64,000 bases of DNA from the NCBI GenBank assembly GCA_945877655.1, contig CAMCSH010000001.1, positions 1,982 to 65,981 on the forward strand, read 5' to 3'. The stretch comes from Lentisphaera araneosa HTCC2155. Its GTDB lineage: Bacteria; Verrucomicrobiota; Lentisphaeria; Lentisphaerales; Lentisphaeraceae. The position numbers and the translations under genes were made by a program. The first letter of the stretch is position 1. Each line of letters begins with the position of its first letter. Shown piece after piece: positions 10,736 through 19,680 of the stretch. Below the pieces are notes generated by a model. That model searched no databases. It saw nothing but the letters and a program-made list of their open reading frames with translations, and was not told where the DNA came from.

Positions 10736-11605
10736 ATGAAGATCCTCCACTTTTCGGACATCCACGAAGGTGATTGGCCCCGGTTCCTCGGGGCCTTTTT
10801 TGACAAGCGGTGGATCGGCGCCTTCAATTACATGCTGCGCCGCCGCAGCCACCACCATTGGTCTTACCTCGATCGCGCCCTCGAGATCTGCCGCCAGGAA
10901 AAACCCGACCTCGTCCTCTGCACCGGCGACCTCACCTCCTGCTCCGACCCGCACGAATTCGCCAAGGCCCGGCAACGCCTCGCCCCCTTCGTCAATAGCC
11001 CCGATTTCGACTTCCTCTGCATCCCCGGCAACCACGACCGCTACACCTCGCTCCCCGCCGCCCAAAAAGCCTGCGACGACTTCCTCCTCTGGGCCAACAA
11101 AGGCCGCCTCCAAGCCGGCCCGACACCCCAGAAAATCGACTTCCCCGGACTACGCCTCATCCTCCTCGACGTCTGCCGTCCCTCGTGGCTCAATTCCGCC
11201 GGACGATTAAGCCCCGAAAACGCCGCTCTGGCACTTGATCTCGCCCGCCAGGGACGTGAACTCGGCCTCGCCCCCGTCAGTGCCCAGCACTACCCTTTAC
11301 GCAACGCCCTCGGCCAGCCCCTAGCCCCCCGCCGCGCCCTCCACGGCGCCGAAGCCCTCGCCGCTGGACTCGACTCCGGACTCCTCCTTGCCAGCCTCTG
11401 CGGACACGTCCACCATCCCTTCTTCCGCACCGAAAGCTCCGGCTCCCACGAAATCTGCGCCGGCTCACTCACACAATTCGGCCAGCTCGCCCGCATCGAA
11501 ATCGATCAGGGCCTCCTCCGTCACTCCTGGATCGACGCGACTCATAACCTAAAAACCGCAGCAGCCCAGGACCTTCCGAGACCCCTTCAGGGTCATAAAT
11601 CATAA
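10736..11605 (+). CDS. Metallophosphoesterase (calcineurin-like)
   Basis: Motifs HFSDIHEG, CTGDLTS, IPGNHD and GHVHH. The last ~9 codons and the stop lie inside REP-like copy 2. Confidence 0.75.
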   Translation: MKILHFSDIHEGDWPRFLGAFFDKRWIGAFNYMLRRRSHHHWSYLDRALEICRQEKPDLVLCTGDLTSCSDPHEFAKARQRLAPFVNSPDFDFLCIPGNHDRYTSLPAAQKACDDFLLWANKGRLQAGPTPQKIDFPGLRLILLDVCRPSWLNSAGRLSPENAALALDLARQGRELGLAPVSAQHYPLRNALGQPLAPRRALHGAEALAAGLDSGLLLASLCGHVHHPFFRTESSGSHEICAGSLTQFGQLARIEIDQGLLRHSWIDATHNLKTAAAQDLPRPLQGHKS

Positions 11606-11683
11606 CTCATTCCAACCCAGGGTGTCGCTTAACCCTGGGCTAAAATCTGAAACCCCTTTGGGGTCAAGCTGCAGTGGAGCTCA
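11568..11683 (-). repeat. REP-like dispersed palindromic element, copy 2 (inverted relative to copy 1)
   Basis: Its reverse complement aligns with 605-726 (gaccccaaaggggtttcagattttagcccagggttaagcgacaccctgggttggaatgagttatgatttatgaccctgaaggggtc) with a 7-nt indel. Confidence 0.8.
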
Positions 11684-11709
11684 AACAAGTTCGACAGCGG
11701 TTTTCAGGC

Positions 11710-11744
11710 TTAATTCTTAATTCTTAATTCTTAATTCTTAACTG
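11710..11744. repeat. Tandem 7-bp repeat (TTAATTC) x5
   Basis: ttaattcttaattcttaattcttaattcttaactg, ending 14 nt upstream of the redoxin start. Confidence 0.95.
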
Positions 11745-11758
11745 CTCAAGGATCTCCC

Positions 11759-12340
11759 ATGAAACCCTTCACCCTGCTCCTCGGCGCTCAGGCTCCTGAC
11801 TTCTCCCTCGCCGCCACCGACGGCCGCCGCGTCAGCCTCGCTGATTTCCCCGCGCCGATTCTCGTTGTCTTCTTCACCTGCAACCACTGCCCCTTCGTCA
11901 CCGGCAGCGATGAAGTCACACGTCGCACGGTCGACAGCTTTCGTCCCCGCGGTGTCGACTTCCTCGCCATCAACTCCAACTCCGTCGCGACCTACGCCGA
12001 AGACTCCTGGGAGCACATGGTCCGCCGCATGGCCGAGCACAAATTCCCCTGGACCTACGCCCACGACTCGACGCAATCCGTCGCCTTGGCCTACGGTGCC
12101 TTGCGGACTCCGCACTTCTTCGTCTTCGACACCCAGCGCCGCCTCGTCTATACCGGTCGCGGCGTCGACTCCCCCCGCGATGCCTCTCGGATCAGGGTCA
12201 ACGACCTCGACCGCGCCCTCAGCGAACTCCTCGCCGGTAAAACCCCCAGCGTCCCCATGACCAACCCCATCGGCTGCAACGTCAAATGGAACGGCCAAAA
12301 CGCCCATTGGATGCCCCCCGAAGCCTGCGACTTGGTCTGA
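11759..12340 (+). CDS. Thioredoxin-fold thiol-disulfide oxidoreductase (AhpC/TSA/redoxin family)
   Basis: 193 aa with a CxxC-type motif FTCNHCPFV, in a redoxin-like context. Confidence 0.7.
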   Translation: MKPFTLLLGAQAPDFSLAATDGRRVSLADFPAPILVVFFTCNHCPFVTGSDEVTRRTVDSFRPRGVDFLAINSNSVATYAEDSWEHMVRRMAEHKFPWTYAHDSTQSVALAYGALRTPHFFVFDTQRRLVYTGRGVDSPRDASRIRVNDLDRALSELLAGKTPSVPMTNPIGCNVKWNGQNAHWMPPEACDLV

Positions 12341-12347
12341 GTGCAAC

Positions 12348-12488
12348 AGTTTAAAGTTTAAGGTTTAAAGTTTAAAGTTGGGGCAGCAGTGATGAAATCC
12401 CTTGAATATGACTCACCAGAATCTGCATGCAATGGCCTTCGTTTCGTTCAACCTTAAACTTTAAACCTTAAACTTTAAACTTTAAACT
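12348..12488. repeat. Inverted pair of (GTTTAARG)n runs, a potential long hairpin
   Basis: Left arm 12348-12379 is agtttaaagtttaaggtttaaagtttaaagtt. Right arm 12450-12488 is aaccttaaactttaaaccttaaactttaaactttaaact. Confidence 0.9.
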
Positions 12489-12499
12489 GAGTCCTTCCC

Positions 12500-13543
12500 A
12501 TGATTCTCCTCGGCATTGAATCCAGTTGTGACGACACCTCCATCGCCCTTGTCGAAGACGGCAAGCGGGTGCTGTCGAGCATCGTCTCGTCGCAGATCGA
12601 CATCCACAAGCTTTATGGCGGCGTGGTGCCGGAGCTGGCGGCGCGGGAGCATCTGGTCAATCTGCGCCACACCTATCAGGCCTGCCTTGCGGAGGCCAAG
12701 ATCGACACCGCGTCGATTGATGCGGTTGCGGTCACCGCATTTCCCGGCCTGCTGCCGGCCTTGCTGGTCGGCACCAGCTTTGCCAACGGCGTCGGCGCCG
12801 CCCTCGGTGTCCCGGTCCTCGGCGTCCACCACCTCGTCGCCCACGTCTGCGCCGTCTTTCTCGACCACAACGACCTGGCCGAAGACCGCTCTCGTTTCCC
12901 CATCCTCGCCCTGCTGGTTTCCGGCGGCCACAGCCAGCTGATGAAGATCGACTGGGACGGCTCGATCACCATCCTCGGCCGCACTCTCGATGATGCCGCC
13001 GGCGAGGCCTTCGACAAGGCCGCGAAAGCCCTCGGTCTGCCCTATCCCGGCGGCCCGATCGTCGACCGCCTTGCCAAGACCGGAAACCCCGAGTTCATCA
13101 AGTTCCCCCGCGCCCGTCTCGACCGCGATAAACATCGCTTCGACTTCTCTTTCTCCGGCCTCAAGACCTCGATGCTCAACCAGATCAAAGGCCGCACGAT
13201 TGCCGATGACGAATTGCCCGATCTGCTCGCCTCTTATCAGGCCGCCATTGTCGATGCCCTGGTCGACAAGACTCTCGATGCCGCCCGTTATTGCGGAGCC
13301 CGCAGCCTCGCTCTCTGCGGCGGCGTCGCCTGCAATTCTTCCTTGCGGGCCCATCTCGGCGCCGGCGCCGACAAGATGGGACTCAAGCTCCACCTCGCCA
13401 GCCCGAAACACTGCACTGACAACGGCGCCATGATCGCCGGCCTCGGCTGGTACCAATTGCGCGCCGCCGGCCCCAATCCGAGCCGCTTCGTCGAAGCCAG
13501 CGCCAGCGCGCCAGGCGAGCTGCGCATTCCCTTCCTCAGGTGA
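12500..13543 (+). CDS. tsaD: tRNA N6-adenosine threonylcarbamoyltransferase
   Basis: MILLGIESSCDDTSIALV...GGVVPELAAREH...LLVSGGHSQL is the canonical Kae1/TsaD pattern. Confidence 0.9.
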   Translation: MILLGIESSCDDTSIALVEDGKRVLSSIVSSQIDIHKLYGGVVPELAAREHLVNLRHTYQACLAEAKIDTASIDAVAVTAFPGLLPALLVGTSFANGVGAALGVPVLGVHHLVAHVCAVFLDHNDLAEDRSRFPILALLVSGGHSQLMKIDWDGSITILGRTLDDAAGEAFDKAAKALGLPYPGGPIVDRLAKTGNPEFIKFPRARLDRDKHRFDFSFSGLKTSMLNQIKGRTIADDELPDLLASYQAAIVDALVDKTLDAARYCGARSLALCGGVACNSSLRAHLGAGADKMGLKLHLASPKHCTDNGAMIAGLGWYQLRAAGPNPSRFVEASASAPGELRIPFLR

Positions 13544-13730
13544 AGATGCCGAGCTCCAACGCCGCTTTCTCTTGCGCCCCTGCCAAGGAAGCGCCCAAGC
13601 ACCAACCTGCCGCCAGATAGGCCGCCGTGGTGTTGAGCAGGTCGTAATTCGGCGACAACTCGTGCACCAGGTGTTCGGGATAACAGGCGCTTTTGCCGCC
13701 TTTGGGAAGGAATTGATCCCTACGCAGAGA

Positions 13731-13762
13731 CAAGAACCCCGCCGGCATCGGCGGGGCTCTTG
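13731..13762. other. Strong GC hairpin in the tsaD / FG-GAP convergent gap
   Basis: caagaaccccgccg-gcat-cggcggggctcttg pairs 13 of 14 positions. There is no T-run on either strand. Confidence 0.5.
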
Positions 13763-13891
13763 TCAGTCAGTGCAGTGCAAGTGCGCTGAACTTATATTAG
13801 GACTTGCATACGAAAATCGGAATTCCTAAGAATTAAGAATGCCCAGCCAAATTATCGGTAGCATCGGTGTCAGCGCTAGGCACGGTCAATC

Positions 13892-15076
13892 TCAGCGCTT
13901 GCTCAGATGAACGGCGCTGCCCTTCTTGTTCGAGACGATGATGTCGGGAATGCCGTCGCCATTGAGATCCGTCGCTTCGACTTGGGTGCCGACGCCGGAA
14001 TTGTCGTCGATCAGGTGGGGGATGAATTGCACGCCATCGGCGCCGCGTTTGAGCTCAAACCAGTAGATCACGGCGGGGTTATTGGGCTCGACATCGCCCT
14101 TGGAACCGTGGGCCCACCAGCGCTTGCCGGTGACTAGATCCTTGAGGCCGTCGCCATTGATGTCGACAAGGGCCATGGCGTGCAACTGGCTGATCCGCAA
14201 ATCGGGCGATTTCAGGTCGGGCTTGGGATCGAGGATGACATGGCGCTGCCAAGTGATGGCGCCCTTGTCATCGCGTTGTTGCTTCCACCACAGCAGGCCG
14301 TAATGGTGGCAATGCCAAGAGCAGAGCAGATCGTTTTTGCCGTCGCCGTCGACGTCGTAGACGTACATCTGAGCTGCGCCTTCCGCAAAGGCAAATTCGT
14401 GGAAGATCCAGAAGCCGTCAGCGGCAGGAGTGGCGGGCTGTTCCCACCAACCGTTGGACTCGATCAGGTCGATGCGGCCATCTCCGTTGACGTCGCCGGC
14501 ACCGATACCGTGGGTAAATCTGTGGTAGTCCTTCTTGGGCGAGACGGGGTGGAACTGCCAGACCTGGTCGGGCTTAGCAAGATCGTAGGTGGCGTAGCCC
14601 ATCTGGCCGCCGGTGTTGAAAAGCAGGTCGGGGCGGCCGTCGCCGTTCATGTCGACCATTTGCGGCGACTCGTTGTCGGTGACCGGGAAGGCAAGGTGAG
14701 ACTTCCATTCGCCGCCGTTTTTGCCGGGGTTGGCGCACCAGTAAGTCTCTCTGCCAGGGAACGGCATGTAGAGGATGTCGGGGAAGCCGTCGCCGTTGAA
14801 ATCGCCGGTGTAGGTGAGGAAATTATCGGAGTATTCCTCGGGTTTGAAGCTTTGCGGTTTGCGCACTTCATGGCGGACTGAGAAGGCCGGGCCTTCGAAC
14901 CACCAAGGGCCGGCGACGACATCGGGCTTGCCGTCCTGATTGAAGTCGGCGAAGCAGGCGCCTTCGGCCCGGAACTCCGGATCAAGCACTTTTTTCTCAT
15001 AGCCGGAGGGGCGGTTTTCGGCGTGGACGTAAGCGCTCAGTGCGCAGAAGAGAGCGAGGGGGAGGAGGTGTTTCAT
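13892..15076 (-). CDS. Secreted FG-GAP/VCBS repeat protein
   Basis: Start moved to ATG 15076 (signal peptide MKHLLPLALFCALSAYVHA). It has repeated DFNGDG, DMNGDGRPD, DVNGDGRID, DVDGDGKND, DINGDGLKD and DLNGDGIPD loops. Confidence 0.75.
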   Translation of the reverse strand: MKHLLPLALFCALSAYVHAENRPSGYEKKVLDPEFRAEGACFADFNQDGKPDVVAGPWWFEGPAFSVRHEVRKPQSFKPEEYSDNFLTYTGDFNGDGFPDILYMPFPGRETYWCANPGKNGGEWKSHLAFPVTDNESPQMVDMNGDGRPDLLFNTGGQMGYATYDLAKPDQVWQFHPVSPKKDYHRFTHGIGAGDVNGDGRIDLIESNGWWEQPATPAADGFWIFHEFAFAEGAAQMYVYDVDGDGKNDLLCSWHCHHYGLLWWKQQRDDKGAITWQRHVILDPKPDLKSPDLRISQLHAMALVDINGDGLKDLVTGKRWWAHGSKGDVEPNNPAVIYWFELKRGADGVQFIPHLIDDNSGVGTQVEATDLNGDGIPDIIVSNKKGSAVHLSKR

Positions 15077-15470
15077 CGGCAATCCTTTTTTTGGCTTGAG
15101 GAACAATGCCACCGCGTCGCCGCAGCGTGGTGAGAAAATCAGATCTCGAAAAAGCAATGGCACTACTATGATGCTGACACGATCCTTAAGTACCACGGAA
15201 AACTTGAGAATTCACAGCAAACTTTGGAATAATCACGGAAATATTTTTCTCCTCATTTAAAGATCGACGGTCTCTATCTCCTTCCACCTGGCACTCCACG
15301 CTGGTTTGGGTATTCCTAGTTCCTAGTGTCCTGTCAACCCATAAACGCAAAAGACAGCTGTGGGCGGCGCTTGATCCGGGTTTTCAGAAATCGTTGGCCA
15401 TGGGCTTGCGGAAAGCACCGAATCAGGTGCATTTTATGACAGGGGCATAAAGCCCAAAGGAAGGTGCTCC

Positions 15471-16526
15471 ATGTTCGTCATCCGCCCCTCCCGCAGCAGC
15501 GACCTTGACGCCTTGTACAAACTTGCCTGCAAGGCCGGTGCTGGGCTGACCACCCTGCCTGCCGACCGAGAGCTTCTGGCGGAAAAGCTGCAGCAATCGC
15601 TCAAGACCTTCAGTTATCCACCCAAAAGGCCCTCGGGCGAGAGTTTCCTCTTCGTCCTCGAGGACATGCGCAGCGGCGAGGCCCGCGGCACCTCGGCCTG
15701 CTACACCAAGGTCGGCGGCTTTCAGCCCTTCTGGACCTACGAAGTGAAGAGCCAGAAGCTGCAGTCGCAGCAGCTCGGGGTCGAAAACCAGATCCAGTAT
15801 CTGCAGGTCAAGCGCGAGCACGACGGCCCCTCGGAAATCGGCACGCTTTTCCTCGATCCCGACCTGCGCGGCAGCTGGTGTGGCCGCCTCCTGTCGCTGA
15901 TCCGCTTCGTCTTCATGGCGCAGTTCCGCAACTGCTTTGAAAACGAAGTGCTGGCGGAGCTCCGCGGCCGCATCGACATCAACGGCCGCAGCCCCTTCTG
16001 GGACAGCGTCGGCGCCCATTTCTTCGGCTGCGAATTCGCCAAGGCCGATGCCCTTACCTGCGTCAACAAACAGTTCATCGACGAGCTCTTCCCTAAGCAC
16101 CCGCTCTACGTGCCCCTGCTGCCGCGCGGCGCCCAGGTGGTGATCGGCATGGTGCACGACGATTCGCGCCCGGCGATGCGCCTGCTCGAGTCCGAGGGCT
16201 TCAAGGTGATTCCCGAGGTCGACATCTTCGAAGGTGGCCCAATCGTCAAGGCCAAGACCGACGACATCCGCTGCATCCGCGACAGCCGGGTGCGCAATCT
16301 CCTCAGCCTGCTCAGTCCGATCGAGGAGCAGAGCCTCGAAGCGGCGCAAGCGCCCCTGAACATCGTCGCCTGCGGCGCCGAGCCGTCGCAGTTCCGCGCC
16401 ATCGTCACCAGCCTGGTCGAAGACGACGAGGGACTGCGCCTGCCTCTGTGGGCCTGCGAAGCCCTCAGCGTCCGCCCCGGTGACCTCCTGCGCTTCGTCA
16501 GCCTGCGGCAGGAAGCGAAGAGATAG
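15471..16526 (+). CDS. astA: Arginine N-succinyltransferase family protein
   Basis: 351 aa. The N-terminus MFVIRPSRSSDLDALYKLACKAGAGLTTLP and the length fit the AstA family. It ends in TAG. Confidence 0.7.
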   Translation: MFVIRPSRSSDLDALYKLACKAGAGLTTLPADRELLAEKLQQSLKTFSYPPKRPSGESFLFVLEDMRSGEARGTSACYTKVGGFQPFWTYEVKSQKLQSQQLGVENQIQYLQVKREHDGPSEIGTLFLDPDLRGSWCGRLLSLIRFVFMAQFRNCFENEVLAELRGRIDINGRSPFWDSVGAHFFGCEFAKADALTCVNKQFIDELFPKHPLYVPLLPRGAQVVIGMVHDDSRPAMRLLESEGFKVIPEVDIFEGGPIVKAKTDDIRCIRDSRVRNLLSLLSPIEEQSLEAAQAPLNIVACGAEPSQFRAIVTSLVEDDEGLRLPLWACEALSVRPGDLLRFVSLRQEAKR

Positions 16527-16528
16527 GA

Positions 16529-17203
16529 TCAGCCCTCGACCTGGAAGATCTCGAGGCGTCCGCTGCTGCGCAGGAAGAGGCGGGTGAGCGGCGTGTCGCC
16601 ATGACCGTTCAACGCCTGGCGGACATGTTCGGCTTTAGCCGAATCGTCGGAGCCTTTGAAGATGACGAAGAGGTGCTTGGCGGCGGCGAGGCTGCCGAGA
16701 GTCCAGGACCAGCGTTCCTTGGGTTCGTAGGAGGCGGTGGCGCGGACAATCCATGCGCCGGGCTTGCTGTCCTTGTCGAGCTGCGGCTGGCCGGGGAAGA
16801 GCGAGGCGACATGGCCGTCGTCGCCGAAGCCGAGGAGGAGATTCTGCAATTGCGGCAGGCCGGTGCCGGCGCAGGCATGCATGTAGGCGTGAGCAGCGGC
16901 GGCATCGTCGGAAAAGGGCATCGGGATCATCGTGTCACCGGCGAGGGCATCGACAACGGCGCCGAAGTTGTTGCCGGGGTCCTTGGCGGGGACGAGACGT
17001 TCGTCGATCCAGGTCCAGACCAGGCCGGCGGCGAGCTCGCGGCGACGGCTGGCGAGGGCCTTCATCAAGGGCGGGAAAGTGCTGCCACCGGAGAGTCCGC
17101 AGAGGCCAGGAGCGAGGCGCGGCGCCAGGAGCGAGGCCAGCTCGTCGAAAGTTTTTACCTTGTGGTGCGGAACAGTGTCGGCAAAATGCTGTCTCATTTT
17201 CAT
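16529..17203 (-). CDS. pgl: 6-phosphogluconolactonase
   Basis: Contains WIDERLVP and LLLGFGDDGHVASLFPG motifs; 224 aa. Confidence 0.8.
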   Translation of the reverse strand: MKMRQHFADTVPHHKVKTFDELASLLAPRLAPGLCGLSGGSTFPPLMKALASRRRELAAGLVWTWIDERLVPAKDPGNNFGAVVDALAGDTMIPMPFSDDAAAAHAYMHACAGTGLPQLQNLLLGFGDDGHVASLFPGQPQLDKDSKPGAWIVRATASYEPKERWSWTLGSLAAAKHLFVIFKGSDDSAKAEHVRQALNGHGDTPLTRLFLRSSGRLEIFQVEG

Positions 17204-17212
17204 GATTCTCCC

Positions 17213-17242
17213 TTGGACAAAGCGTCGGTTTTCGCGTAGATT
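17213..17242 (+). promoter_or_regulatory. Candidate sigma70-type promoter for tatA
   Basis: TTGGAC (17213-17218), an 18-nt spacer, then TAGATT (17237-17242), 32 nt upstream of the tatA ATG. Confidence 0.3.
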
Positions 17243-17273
17243 TCCAAGCGCAATCTAACACAAGGACAACAAT

Positions 17274-17549
17274 ATGACTCCCATTTTTGCCATCTTTGGT
17301 CTCGGCACCACCGAAATCATCCTGATCTGCATCGTCGTTCTGGTCCTTTTCGGCGCCAAGAAAATTCCCGAATTCGCCCGCAGCCTCGGCAAGGCCAAGC
17401 GTGAGTTCACCGAAGCCTCGAGTGAATTCAACAACGCCATGCACGAAGAAGCCAACAAGCCGAAACCAACGGCTCAGAAGATCGCACCTCCCGCCGGTGA
17501 TGACGGCCTCAAGGCTGACGCTCCGGTCCGCAAGGAAGAAAAACACTGA
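17274..17549 (+). CDS. tatA: Twin-arginine translocase subunit TatA/E
   Basis: MTPIFAIFGLGTTEIILICIVVLVLFGAKKIPEFARSLGKAKREF is the canonical TatA TM plus amphipathic helix. Confidence 0.9.
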   Translation: MTPIFAIFGLGTTEIILICIVVLVLFGAKKIPEFARSLGKAKREFTEASSEFNNAMHEEANKPKPTAQKIAPPAGDDGLKADAPVRKEEKH

Positions 17550-17563
17550 AGCACTGAAGCAAC

Positions 17564-19051
17564 ATGTCGCGTGACTTCAATCAGCTGAGCGGCTCTGAAG
17601 GGCCCTCAGCTTCTTCGTCCCAGGAACCAGGTAAAGACGAGTCCCTCAAGGAAATGGGGCTCCTTGATCACTTGGAAGAGCTTCGTGACCGTGTCACTCG
17701 CACTGCCATCGTCTGGCTTATCTGCGCTATTCCCTGCTGCGTCTACTCGCTCGAGATCATCGACTGGCTGATGCGGATGAACAAGGTCACTTACGTCCAG
17801 GCCATCGCTCCTGCTGAGATTTTCACCCAGCAATTGTGGATCGGCGCCACCTTCGGCGCCGCCGTCGCCCTCCCCTACATCATCGGTCAGGTCTGGGGCT
17901 TCGTCGCTCCCGCTTTGTACAGCAAAGAGCGCGGCTACGCGAAGTGGACCTTGGTGGTCTCCTACATCCTCTTCATTTGCGGCGCCGCTTTCGCGCTATT
18001 CATCATCATGCCGACGGCGATGGACTACTTTGCGTCTCTGCAAACCGATAAAATCCGCTACCAGCCGCAACTGCAGAAATACGTCGACTTCACCTTGTTG
18101 ATGGCCTGCGGCGTCGGCCTGCTCGCCCAGCTCCCGGTTTTGGTTGTCCTCGGCAACGCCCTCGGCCTTTTCAGTCGCGAAGCAGTCGCCTCGCGTCGCC
18201 GTTATGTCATCGTCGGCATCTTCATTTGCGCAGGCATCCTGACGCCGAGCCCGGACGTCTTGTCGCAGTGTCTGGTCGCCTGTCCGACCTACATCATTTT
18301 CGAACTGAGTCTGCTGGTCTGCAAATTGATTGAATGGCGCAAGGCAGGGGTATCGAAGGGCACCATCCTGCTCCGCGGACTCGCCGGTCTGATCCTCGTC
18401 CTCGGCATTATCGCCGCCGTCCTGTATTTCGCCAAGTATCTGATGGAGCGGGAAAAAGCCAAGGGACCGCAGGCGCTGGTCGAGAACCCGGCTGATGTCA
18501 GTCAATATCTCAAACTGCTGGGCAGTGATGAAGGCGAAAGCAAGATCGCCGAGGCCCTGGACAAGGAGGGGCTGCCGGAAGAGCAGCGCCTCGGCGCCGC
18601 CCGCGCCCTGGTCAGCGCCTTGCGCCAGAATCAGCCCTTGAAAGAGACGACCCTGAAGGCGCTGGTGCAATATTCTCTGCGCCCCTCGTTGACCCTGCTC
18701 GGCAACATGCAGGAGCGCCGCATCGATTTCGCGCTTGATGAAAAAGTCGCCCTGCCCTTCGACCTGGAGCTGCAGTGGGTGCTTGCCGTCGACGATCGCG
18801 AATTCCTCTGGCCCGATGCCGAGACCCATTTCCGCGCCGGCCCCATGGAAGGTCGTGGACCCGCCAGCGTCATCCGACCCGAAGTGATGAAGGCCATGCC
18901 GATCCTGGCGGCCGCCTTGAAAAAACCGTCGATGAGCGGTTCGCGCAAACTGGTTTTGAAGCTGAAACCGGTGAAGGCGATCGACCTCAAGGGCCAGGCG
19001 GCGGCATGGATGCCGGAACTCATCTCCCTGCCGGTGGAACTGCCGCCCTGA
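17564..19051 (+). CDS. tatC: Twin-arginine translocase subunit TatC with an extra TM and ~200-aa C-terminal extension
   Basis: LDHLEELRDRVTR... followed by six TM segments over the first ~265 aa, as in TatC. A further TM (LAGLILVLGIIAAVLYFAKYL) and a soluble tail bring the length to 495 aa. Confidence 0.85.
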   Translation: MSRDFNQLSGSEGPSASSSQEPGKDESLKEMGLLDHLEELRDRVTRTAIVWLICAIPCCVYSLEIIDWLMRMNKVTYVQAIAPAEIFTQQLWIGATFGAAVALPYIIGQVWGFVAPALYSKERGYAKWTLVVSYILFICGAAFALFIIMPTAMDYFASLQTDKIRYQPQLQKYVDFTLLMACGVGLLAQLPVLVVLGNALGLFSREAVASRRRYVIVGIFICAGILTPSPDVLSQCLVACPTYIIFELSLLVCKLIEWRKAGVSKGTILLRGLAGLILVLGIIAAVLYFAKYLMEREKAKGPQALVENPADVSQYLKLLGSDEGESKIAEALDKEGLPEEQRLGAARALVSALRQNQPLKETTLKALVQYSLRPSLTLLGNMQERRIDFALDEKVALPFDLELQWVLAVDDREFLWPDAETHFRAGPMEGRGPASVIRPEVMKAMPILAAALKKPSMSGSRKLVLKLKPVKAIDLKGQAAAWMPELISLPVELPP

Positions 19052-19088
19052 ACGTCGCGTCTTGCGACATCCGCAAGCTTTGTCGAAG

Positions 19089-19116
19089 TCCCCGCCTTCC
19101 CCGGCGGGGATTTTTT
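19089..19116 (+). terminator. Intrinsic terminator after tatC
   Basis: tccccgcc-ttcccc-ggcgggga followed by TTTTTT. Confidence 0.7.
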
Positions 19117-19171
19117 GTGCTTGACGCCACGTTGAAGAAGGAGGGAGAAGCCGGCTGGCTCGACTTGTGGC

Positions 19172-19678
19172 ATGAAAGCTGAGTTGATCCCCAATGACAA
19201 CTGGAGGCCTGCCGTGAAGATTGATCCTGTTCAAGCCACCCTGCATGGGCTGGTGCAGACATTCGAGAAAATGCTGCAGGATACGCCGGCACCAGATGGA
19301 GCTGTCGATGTCCGAAGCGGCTCTTTCTATGTCGAAGACACCACCGCCATCATCCCCTTGGTTGGCACGGCTCGCGGCGCGATGCTGGTGTCGATGCCCG
19401 ATCAGGTCGCCTGCATGGCCTACGCCGCCTTCACCGGCTGCGATTGCGCCCATGTCGACGACGACGTCCTGGACGGCCTGAAGGAGATCGTCAACATCGC
19501 CGCCGGCGCGGCGGCGGCACGGATGGTTCCCTACAAGGTCGGCCTAGGTCTGCCGACCGTCATGTCCGGCCAGAAGCAACGCCTGCTCGGCAATCCGTCC
19601 GCCCCTTGGCATTTTGTCCCCATGAAGTCGAAAAAATTCGGCAATTTTTGGATTGCCATCACCCTTGAGGAGGTCTGA
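19172..19678 (+). CDS. cheX: CheX/CheC-like chemotaxis phosphatase
   Basis: 168 aa with the motif DVLDGLKEIVNIAAG (the E..N...G signature of CheC/CheX). It is immediately followed by cheY. Confidence 0.6.
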   Translation: MKAELIPNDNWRPAVKIDPVQATLHGLVQTFEKMLQDTPAPDGAVDVRSGSFYVEDTTAIIPLVGTARGAMLVSMPDQVACMAYAAFTGCDCAHVDDDVLDGLKEIVNIAAGAAAARMVPYKVGLGLPTVMSGQKQRLLGNPSAPWHFVPMKSKKFGNFWIAITLEEV

Positions 19679-19680
19679 CC

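Noticed and set aside
15286-15302. TGGCAC-containing sequence (cctggcactccacgctgg) as a sigma54 promoter in the FG-GAP/astA divergent region.
   Set aside because: The GG to GC spacing is 8 nt instead of the required 10, so it does not fit the -24/-12 geometry.
16524-16531. Convergent astA and pgl stops separated by 2 nt, as a sign of antisense regulation.
   Set aside because: Tight convergent packing is common in compact genomes, and no structure or motif in the sequence supports a specific mechanism.
12482-19453. Antisense ORFs 12482..13456, 15423..16349, 16601..17239 and 17996..19453.
   Set aside because: They lie opposite tsaD, astA, pgl and tatC, which all have canonical motifs. Their composition is shadow-like.
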